Below, in pieces: positions 24,903 to 34,800 of a stretch of 64,000 bases of DNA. This DNA is from Octopus sinensis (lineage: Eukaryota), in contig NC_043005.1 of NCBI RefSeq assembly GCF_006345805.1, forward strand, positions 75,640,001 to 75,704,000, in the 5' to 3' direction. Position 1 is the stretch's first letter, and every line of letters starts with the position of its first letter. The translations under genes were made by a program, and so were the position numbers. The notes under the pieces were generated by a model. The model saw only the letters and a program-made list of their open reading frames with translations, searched no databases and was not told where the DNA came from.

Positions 24903-25250
24903 AATTATAATTTAGGGTATCTAAGAGATACCACCATGCTGGAAATAGCAGTCAAAACTTGACTCCAAAACCACATTAAATGTTCATACAGCACCAGTAG
25001 AGAAGACAAAGAGACAAAATAAACTAGCAAATAAAATGAGTATATTCCACTGATGAAGGCAGAGCATTTCTTATGCAGATCCAGAAATCTGGGATCTGGA
25101 ATTATCCAGTAATTTTTTTTTTTTGCTAGTTTATTTTGTCTCTTTGTCTTCTCTCCTGGTGCTGTATGAACATTTAATGTGGTTTTAGAGTCAAGTTTTG
25201 ACTGCTATTTCCAGCATGGTGGTATCTCTTAGTTACCCTAAATCATAATT
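24903..25250. repeat. Near-perfect inverted repeat (~129 bp arms) enclosing a hammerhead motif
   Basis: 24903-25031 is the reverse complement of 25122-25250 with few mismatches. Confidence 0.9.
25044..25102 (+). ncRNA. Type-I hammerhead-like motif in the loop of a long inverted repeat
   Basis: attcca CTGATGA aggcagagcatttcttatgcagatcca GAAA tctggga TC tggaat. Stem I is a perfect 6 bp; stem II is weak at its base; AUC site. Confidence 0.65.
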
Positions 25251-25255
25251 ATATA

Positions 25256-27050
25256 TGACACTTGTGAAGACCTTTTGAGGCAAGTGAAAATCAAAAAATC
25301 AAAAAATCAAAAAATCAAAACAAATCAAAATAGATGAACATCAATGGAATTTGTATCTTTGTGATACCAGTGCCGGTGGCACACAAGAAAACCATCCGAA
25401 CGTGGCCGTAGCCAGTACCGCATCGACTGGCCTCCGTGCTGTGGGCACATAACAAACACCATCCGATCGTGGCCGTTCGCCAGCCTCATCTGGCACCTGT
25501 GTCGGTGGCACATAAAAACACCATCCGAAGACCCGGCAAGACTAGTCAGGCCATAACCCGTGGCCCCTACCTGGGACGTAGTCAGTCCACCTGTGCATAC
25601 CTTCCTTCCTTCTTGTGACACTTGTGAAGACCTGTTGAGGCAAGTGAAAATCAAAAAAACAAATCAAAATAGATGAACATCAATGGAATTTGTATCTTTG
25701 TGGTACCAGTGCCGGTGGCACGTGGCACACAAGAAAACCATCCAAACGTGGCGGTAGCCAGTACCGCATCGACTGGCCTCCGTGCTGTGGGCAAGTAACA
25801 AACACCATCCGATCGTGGCCGTTTCCCAGCCTCATCTGGCACCTCTGTCGGTGGCACATAAAAACACCATCCGAAGACCCGGCAAGACTAGTCAGGCCAT
25901 AACCCGTGGCCCCTACCTGGGACGTAGTCAGTCCACCTGTGCATACCTTCCTTCTTGTGACACTTGTGAAGACCTTTTGCGGCAAGTGAAAATCAAAACA
26001 AATCAAAATAGATGAACATCAATGGAATTTGTATCTTTGTGATACCAGTACGGTGGCACACAAGAAAACCATCCGAACGTGGCCATAGCCAGTACCGCAT
26101 CGACTGGCCTCCGTGCTGTGGGCACGTAACAAACACCATCCGATCGTGGCCGTTCGCCAGCCTCATCTGGCACCATCCGAAGACCCGGCAAGACTAGTCA
26201 GGCCATAACCCGTGGCCCCTACCTAGGACGTAGTCAGTCCACCTGTGCATACCTTCCTTCTTGTGACACTTGTGAAGACCTGTTGAGGCAAGTGAAAATC
26301 AAATCAAATCAGATGAACATCAATGGAATTTGTATCTTTGTGGTACCAGTGCCGGTGGCACACAAGAAAACTATCCAAACGTGGCGGTAGCCAGTACCGC
26401 ATCGACTGGCCTCCGTGCTGTGGGCACATAATAAACACCATCCGATCGTGGCCGTTCGCCAGCCTCATCTGGCACCTCTGTCGGTGGCACATAAAAACAC
26501 CATCCGAAGACCCGGCAAGACTAGTCAGACCATAACCCGTGGCCCCTACCTGGGACGTAGTCAGTCCACCTGTGCATACCTTCCTTCCTTCTTGTGACAC
26601 TTGTGAAGACCTGTTGAGGCAAGTGAAAATCAAAAAACAAATCAAAATAGATGAACATCAATGGAATTTGTATCTTTGTGGTACCAGTGCCGGTGGCACA
26701 CAAGAAAACCATCCGAACGTGGCCATAGCCAGTACCGCATCGACTGGCCTCCGTGCTGCGGGCACGTAACAAACACCATCCGATCGTGGCCGTTCGCCAG
26801 CCTCATCTGGCACCTGTGTCGGTGGCACATAAAAAACACCATCCGAGCGTGGCCGTTCGCCAGCCTTGTCTGGCACCTGTGTCGGTGGCACATAAAATCA
26901 CCCACTACACTCTCGGAGTGGTTGGCGTTAGGAAGGGCATCCAGCTGTAGAAACACTGCCAGATCTGACTGGCCTGGTGCAGCCTTTGGGCTCCCCAGAC
27001 CCCAGTTGAACCGTCCAACGGACGCTAAATGATGATGATGATGATGATGA
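25256..27050 (+). repeat. Tandem array of RTE-LINE 3' region (units of 360, 342, 306 and 331 bp plus a terminal unit ending in (GAT)n)
   Basis: tgacacttgtgaagacc starts at 25256, 25616, 25958, 26264 and 26595. Internal ~50 bp sub-repeats. The last unit continues into ggttggcgttaggaagggcatccagctg and the (GAT)n tail. Confidence 0.92.
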
Positions 27051-27052
27051 TA

Positions 27053-27100
<48 letters not shown>

Positions 27101-27130
27101 GCGAGAAAGAAGCAACAAGAATGGATAGGT

Positions 27131-27220
27131 TTTTAGTACAATCGTTTCATACAAGGACAGGCTTTATTAAAAGTTGTAAAAATTACAGCATATAAACGTG
27201 TCCGTACTCATCAGCTAAAA
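27131..27220 (-). ncRNA. Type-I hammerhead motif in the inverted terminal repeat of the Penelope-like element
   Basis: Minus strand: ttttag CTGATGA gtac-ggaca...tgtcc-tt-gtat GAAA cgattg TA ctaaaa. Stem I 6 bp, extended stem II, near-palindromic stem III ACGATTGT, GUA site. Confidence 0.8.
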
Positions 27221-27727
27221 TACATGTGAGTTCTCTAGACATCCTAGTGGTTGAGGCTATACTCATGAAGTAATGTAGATAATTAAGTAACATAAACAGA
27301 TTTCCAAAGTTCATTAAAGTTCTTTAAAGATGATGTACAGTCCTATCACAGAATTTTAAAAAAGTTCTAATAGCATCACAGAGAAGGTGACCAATCCATA
27401 GAGCACATATGAGAATTTCCAGAGATATGATGAGGGATTACATACTCACAGAAGACAAATTTATCCATTGTTAATCACAACGAGGTGGGTCTCAATTCCT
27501 GCTTATTAGCATTACAGAGAGGGTGAATTAATCCTTTGTATAGATGCACAATTTCCAATGGTGTAGATGTAAGTTTCCAGAGAAATGAAGAGGAATCTCA
27601 TATTCACAGGCGATAAATTTATCAATGGTTGAACGCAATAAGGTAGGTATCAAAACTTGTTATATGATTAGGTATTTGCTACATTAATCACATTACTGCT
27701 ATTTACAAGAGGCTGTAGCTATTTAAC

Positions 27728-29572
27728 CTAGTGGGCGCATATCTATTAAAATGCATAAGCAAGGATATACCAGAAATACAGGGGGGTCTATATAGGGATG
27801 ATGCTCTGTTTGTTATCCCTAGTAATAATAAATCTGTTATAGAAAGGATTAGAAAGAAAATTAATAATTCTTTAAGGATTTCAACCTCGGTATAACGTAT
27901 GAACCGGGCACTAAAATAGTTAACTTCCTAGATATTACGCTAGACCTTAACTCCAAGCTACATTACCCATTTAGAAAGGAAGGCGAAATCACGAATTACG
28001 TAAATAAATTATCAAATCATCCCCCAAATATAATAGAATCTTTAGTAAGAAATATTTCATTAAGAATTTCAAAATTATCATCCAATAAGGATATATTTAA
28101 CTCCCATTCTGAGCATTATAATGAGGCGTTAACTAAGGCTGGATATAACTAAAAGATTACATTCGTTGATAAGGGGAACTCACGTATTCCTAATAATGAA
28201 GTTATCAGTAGTCACATAAGCAGCAATACAGACCAAGCCCGAAATAAAAGTAGAATTAAATTAATGGTAAACGCTAATCTAGCGTACAGGCCCAACAATT
28301 CAAATAGAAGCATTGACCAGAACATAGGTAACTCGGATAATATTGAAGTAGATAAACCTAAGATGCATACAAATAAAAATAAAAATAATGGTAATAAATA
28401 CAATAACTCCGGTGAGATGAATAGTAGTAATTCTACGAACCCTAAATTTAATAAAAAAGATATATTATGGCTGAATATCCCTTTCAACTGTGCGATACAA
28501 TCGGATATACAGAACAAATTCAAAGTAATTCTGGAAAAAAAAGTTCCCTATCTCTCATAGATATCATAGAATTATATCTAGGAAAACAGTTAGGATTTCT
28601 TATTCAACCCTCCCAAATATGTCCACTTTAATAGCTAAGATTAATAATAAAAACATTAAACTAGCCAGGAAAGATAGAATAAAAATAATAATATCAGCAT
28701 GAATACCAATAGCAATTATAATAATACTACCAACAATAAAAACAACAATAGTAACTATCAAAACATAGGTGAAATTAGTAACCACAGAATGACTAATAAC
28801 ATTAACATTAATAGTAATAATAACAATGCCGATATTAATAGAAGTAATAATGTTAATAATAGAAAAATAGATATATAAGGCTAATGGAGAAAATAAGGAG
28901 AATGAAAATATCAGTGATATTATAAACAGCAATATGCAGTCGGATAAAAAGACTAACAATAATAGTAACATTACCAATAATATAAGAAATCATGGTAGGA
29001 CTTTAAACCTAAATGATGAAGCTGAAGGATCAATAAATAATAGCAATACTTTAGATATCAGCACCAACTATGGAAATGATAATCAAAATAATAGGAACCT
29101 AAGACATCTACCCAAGAATAATCCAAAGCCTGAAGTTGCTCCTCCTGTGTGTAAGTGTAGAATAAAATCAAAATGCCCGGCACCTGGTCTATGTGGGGAA
29201 AATAATGTAATCTATAAATGTACCATATCCAAGTAGAATAACAAATATCTTTACGTTGGATGTACAATTAATTTTTTAGCTAGAGTTAGAAATCACATCT
29301 CGTCTTTTAAATTACGTCATAAAGCTGGTACCACCACACTTTCAAACAAAATCTGGGAACTCAAAAATAATAATAAAAATTATAAACTTAATTGGGAAAT
29401 AGTTAGGAGAGCAATTCCGTATAAAAATAGTAGGGTTGGTTGCCAACTATGCTCCATGGAGACGTATGAAATTCTAAAGCATAGAAAACATAGTAACTTA
29501 TTGAATAATCATATCGAACTAGGTCAAGTTTGTGTCCACGCTAAATTGAAGACTTTAAAATATTTTAAATGA
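27728..29572 (+). pseudogene. Disrupted Penelope-like ORF: RT C-terminal half, thumb, Cys knuckle and GIY-YIG endonuclease
   Basis: Blocks in order: LVGAYLL...GGLYRDDAL (catalytic YRDD); VNFLDITLDL...YPFRK...YVNKLSNHPP...RISKLSS...YNEALTKAGY; ILWLNIPF...RKTVRISYSTLPNM; CKCRIKSKCPAPGLC (CxCx5Cx5C); VIY...YVGCT...RVRNH...TTLSNKIWELK...WEIV...CQLC...LLN...CVH; TGA at 29570-29572. Frameshifts near 27870, 28540 and 28680; in-frame stops at 28150 and 29234. Confidence 0.88.
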
Positions 29573-30613
29573 TTAGAATATCCATAACTAGATAGATAGA
29601 TATAACTTGATTTCTACTAGTATAGCACTGCTTTAAGTTGATAATAACTAAGAGTTCTCACACTACAGTTATCTTTTTCCTTATATCTGCATCAGTTTTT
29701 GAGAACAGGGAAATGAATAGTACTTATACGCTGCTTAATTGAGGCTTATTAATTTCAAAAACTCATAATTTTTAAATTCTTAATTTTAAAATCTTAATTG
29801 TAATTTTTAATTTAATTCCTAACTTAATCTAATTTAAGTAGCATAACTCTAATAAAATAAAATGAGATACTATAGCCCCATAATTCTATTTCAAAATTAA
29901 ATAAATAAGGCTACCCCCTCGGTGAATATGATTATCTTCATTATGATAGACAATCCCCTAACACCTTGTAAATGATCTTCTAAGATTTGACCTGTAGTCC
30001 GTCAATGTATGAATAATAACGGCAACTCCTTAAGACAATAAAATGAATAAATTAAATAAGTAAGTTTTATTGACTTTTTGATAAGATTATACTTAGATTT
30101 TCCTAATGTATTTTTTTTGATTTTAGCATCTGACCCCTAAACCCCTGACTGTGTTATCTCTTTAGATTCTCTTTTAAATTCATAGCTGTTTTCAACAGCA
30201 ATAAATTAGCTGTTTTATGGCAAAGAATAATATTCTCCTCTAGTTCCTAGATGCCTGTAAATTTAAAACCAGACTTGCCGTCTACTAATTCTTCTGTATA
30301 ACTAGAACCTCTTTCTTTTTTATCTTTTATTTTTATTTTTTCCCTTCTTTCCCATTTCTTTCTCTTTTCTTCTTTTTTCTGTTTCTTCTTCTTATTCTCT
30401 TTTTCCTTTTCTCTTCTCTTTTAGTCCCCTTCCCCCCCCCTTTGTTGCTCCCCCTCCTTTATTTTCTCTCTTTTCTTCTATTCCTTCCCTTTCTTTCTTG
30501 GCCTCTCTAGAAGCCCTTCAGCCTTTAAAAGTTAAATAGCTACAGCCTCTTGTAAATAGCAGTAATGTGATTAATGTGGCAAATACCTAATCATATAACA
30601 AGTTTTGATACTA

Positions 30614-30713
30614 NNNNNNNNNNNNNNNNNNNNNNNNNNNNNNNNNNNNNNNNNNNNNNNNNNNNNNNNNNNNNNNNNNNNNNNNNNNNNNNNNNNNNNN
30701 NNNNNNNNNNNNN
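30614..30713. other. Assembly gap (100 N)
   Basis: Run of N characters. Confidence 1.
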
Positions 30714-30774
30714 ATCACCATCATTATATCATTGCCACCACCACCTCATCATTGTCATTATCACTGCTGGCCTC

Positions 30775-31262
30775 TCCTCCGCTTGCCCCTCCACCTCCTG
30801 TCCCCTCTATCTCTTATCCTTCCACCTCCAGCCCCCTCCACCTCCTGCCCCCTCCAATTCTTGCCCTTCCACCTCCTGCTCCTCCACCTCATACTCCTCC
30901 ACCTCCTGCCCCCTCCACCTCCTGCCTCTCTACCTCCTGCCCCTCCACCTCCTGCCCCTCTGCCTCCAGCCCCTCCACCTCCTGCTCCTTCACCTCCTAC
31001 CCCTCCATCTCCTGCACCCTCCAATTCTTCCCCTTCCACCCTGCCCCTCCACCTACACATCCACCCTGCCCTCCACGACACATCCACCCTGCCCCTCCAC
31101 CTACACATCACCCCTGCCCCTCCACCTACACATCCACCCCTGCCCCTCCACCTCCTGCCCCTCTACCTCCTGCCCCCTCCACCTCCTGTCCCTCCACCTC
31201 CTGCCCCTCCACCTCCTGCCCCTCCACTTCCTGCCTCTCCACCTACTGCTCCTCTACCCCCT
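30775..31262 (+). repeat. C-rich minisatellite, ~15 bp unit CCACCTCCTGCCCCT
   Basis: Direct tandem repeats; explains the Pro/Leu-rich ORFs in all frames. Confidence 0.9.
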
Positions 31263-31776
31263 TTATATTTAAGAGCACTGGAGCTGATGTAATTGATTAA
31301 CCCCACCTCTCACCAAATTTCAGACCTTGTGCTTATAGTTGAAAGGATATATAAATGATTTGACAGAATCTGATGGGTCCAAAGATGGCATTGTGTGCCA
31401 GTGACTACTTTGGCATAAACTCTACTGCAGGATGCCCTTTACGTATTCGCTAGTTTACTAAAGAGTTTGGATTTTTTTAACAACCATGTGTGTGCATGTA
31501 TGAGTTGTGTGTGTATGTGAGGGTTGTGAAAGTGGGGTGCATTATGTGTGGGTGTGTGTTTGTGGATATGTTTGAAAAAAATGAAGTTCATTTTCATTTC
31601 ATTTCAATCAAGAAATTACAGTATGTCGCAATATATAAGCAAACAAAATAGAGAATAAAAAGAGCATTTATGGTTGAGGTTCTGTGAGAAGGACCAAAGT
31701 TAGTAGCAGTGAATTTTATAAATGAAACAGCAAAAGAAGAAGAAAATCAACAACAACAACAACAGCAATGCCACCC

Positions 31777-31813
<37 letters not shown>

Positions 31814-34800
31814 CCTTTCTACTATAGGTACAAGGCCTAAAATTTTGTTGGGTGGGGCTAGGTGATTACATTGACCCCAGTACTTGACTGGTACTTTATT
31901 TTATTGACAATGGTCAATGCTACATAAAAAGCACTCAGTACCTCTGAGAATTGCTGACATTAGAAAGGGCATCCAGCTATAGAAACCAGGTCAAAACAGA
32001 CAGTAGAACTTCTGACTTTCCAGCTCCTGTTGAACTATCCAACCCATGCCAGCATGGAAAATGGATGTTAAACAACAATGATGATGATGATGATGTTTAA
32101 AGTGTTAAGCACGCTGTGAAATAGCAAATAATACTTGCTTTAATGGCAGAGTAGGAATCAATAATTTCTGTTTTAGAAGTGAAATTATATGTTTATTGAA
32201 ACTTTCAGGGATGTCTGTTTTAAGTTTTAAGGGTGTTTGTCTTAATAGGAATAATTGTTTTGAAAGTGTTATGAGTTTGCAAGTGTCTTGTGAACACTGT
32301 TTTGTATAAACATGGATTTTTAATTCTGATCCACCTACTCTCCCTGGCCTCATATAGCTGCCACACCCCACTCCCAGTCACCCTGATTTTTCTCACCACC
32401 GCTTGCTACACTCACCTCTTCCCCTTCTCTAGACATTTCCCCTTCACACTCTTACGGGACGTTTTTCTTTATCCCTGCTGTGCCACTTATACTTCTCCCC
32501 CACTGTTCCATCATCTATTTCTCTCTCCTTCACTTTGATTGTATCTCTCTATCGTTCTCTCTTACTCTATTTCTCCTTCCTCTCCTTTCTTTTCCTGCTA
32601 GGGTAGCCAAGTATCTCCTCCATAGTAAGACATGTACCTCTATCCCTCTATTCTACCTCTCAACTGGCACAAAGCCACCTCCCTCAGTACCAGTCTTTCT
32701 CCCAGTCAAGGGGCCTTTGTCTTGCTGACAAGACCCTGATGGTGCTGGTTTGTTTGTTGAGCAAAGTGGTCTTCGTCCCAGAGTGTAGTGGGAGAAGTCC
32801 AAAACGTGGTCCTTTGCTATTTGTAAGACCTGCAGAAGAGAAAGCAGGTCAACCCCCCGACACCGAGAACATCGACGGATGGATGAATGCGCATCCAGGC
32901 TCAGCGGTTGTGAATAAGTCGGGGACAGGAAACAGGAAGAAAGAATGAGAGAAAGTTGGAGCGAAAGAGTGCAACAGGGGTCACCACCACCCTCTGCTGG
33001 AGCCTCGAGGAGCTTTAGGTGTTTTCGCTCAATAAACACACACAACGCCTGGTCTGGGAATCAAAAACTGCGATCCTCTGACCGCGAGACCGCTGCCCTA
33101 ACCACTGGGCCATTGCGCCTCCATGCTGGTGTTGGTGTCACATAAGGAACATCAATATCGGTGCCACATGGAAAGCACCCAGTACACTCTGAAAAGTAGG
33201 TGGTGTTGGGAAGGGTGTCCTGCCACAGAAACCACACCTAAGCAGGTAATGGAGCCTGGTGCATTCCAGTTTGTCTAGCTCCTGTTAAACCATCCAATCT
33301 ATGGAAGCATAGAAGATAGATGTTATATATGATGATGATGATGATGATGGTGGTGGTGATGGTGATAGTGAGAGTTATTTGGTGTATGAAACCAGCAGAC
33401 ATTTAGGTAGAGTGTGAAGATAAAAATTATTATCAAGTTTGATTTGTGCAAATATATACATGTCTAAAAATTTTACATATCCATGTTTTATATAAACATG
33501 GATATTTAGTTCTGTCAGAGTTGTTTGATGAAATCTAAAGCCAACAAACATTTAGGTAGAAAGTGTGAAGATGAAAATTATTATCAAATTTGATCTGTGC
33601 TTGTATGTACATGTCTGAAAACTTTTAAACTGTGTTTGAATAGTCACATATCAATTTGCCTTAATTTTTAATGTGATCAAATTTTATCAATTCATGCAAA
33701 AAAGAGAAAAAAAGACAAAAACAAAAAGTGTTAAGTAAGGCAAGCGATCAGAGAAATGGTTGCAAAAGTGATCGGTAAAATTCCTGAATTAGGTGAAATG
33801 TTGGTAGGAGAAACTCTGCAAAATAAGTGGTCAATTATGTTGGCGCATTTATCAGAGTATCAGGTTGACAATGTTGTTTTGGGACATAAATTATTGCCCA
33901 TTAGTATTGCAAAGTAGTCACCCTCAGATTCTATGCTATCAACCTGAAATAGATCAACGTTAAAAATCTCCCATGAGTGTGAGCTTACAACCTTTTTTTT
34001 TCACTTTATGCTTCAAATCAAACTAGCAAAATCTCTATGAAATAGTTCATGTGTATCATATGGTGATGGACAATAAAAACTATCTAGAATTATTGATTTC
34101 TTTTTCGGATTACCATCACTGATTTCACAGACTTTTCATTCCCAAAACCCAGGGTGTGAAGATTTTAAGTTTTAGATCCTCACCATCAAAGTGGTCCATA
34201 ATACAAAATTAGGATATCACCTTTTTTCTTTCTTCTTTTTTTTTTTTACAATAGTTTGACTCTCCAGGAAAAGTTATTGTGAACAACCTTTCAATAATTA
34301 GCTTTAGAACATTTATAACGTCGTGTTCCTAAAAGCTGAATACAGAATATCCAAAATTTTTTCATCATTATCATCAATGAATTTTCAAACCCTAAAGGGG
34401 GTACCAACTACCTGCTACTTATTCACTGTTCTCCCATCTCATGGAAGCACTTACTAAGTTGTCTGGTGTCTCTATTTTATGAAGCTATTCATCAGGTCAT
34501 AAAGGTATGTGACCTGGTGGTTAGGGTGTTGCACATACGATTGTAAGATCTGGGTTTCAATTCCTGGATTGGGCAGTGTGTTGTTTTCTTGAGCAAAACA
34601 CTTCCTTTCATGTTGCTCCAGCCCACTCAGTGTTTAATGAGTTCCAGTAATAGCTGGGAAGTTAACCTTGTGGTGGACTAGCTTCTTGTCCAGGATGGTT
34701 TCCCAATTTTAGTTACTTATATTGCTTCGAAACCAGGTTAAGAACTGGTGTTATATTTGAATATTCATGTGATCCAAGTGGACCTATGGAGGCCAAAATA

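Larger units (their letters stand above)
27100..30613 (+). mobile_element. Penelope-like retroelement (probably Naiad-type), 5'-truncated, with an inverted copy of its 3' end at 27100-27727; runs into the assembly gap
   Basis: Disrupted RT/GIY-YIG ORF at 27728-29572. 27647-27727 is the reverse complement of 30531-30611 (81 bp, 1 mismatch). A hammerhead motif lies in the inverted segment. The left end abuts (TA)n. Confidence 0.88.

Noticed and set aside
25256-27050. CRISPR-like array or repeated protein-coding units
   Set aside because: Units are near-identical along their whole length with no unique spacers, no cas genes are present, the context is eukaryotic, and the sequence derives from an RTE 3' end.
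30574-31300. Long Pro/Leu/Ser-rich ORFs (186-232 aa)
   Set aside because: Open in all frames because of the C-rich minisatellite; two of them span the N gap.
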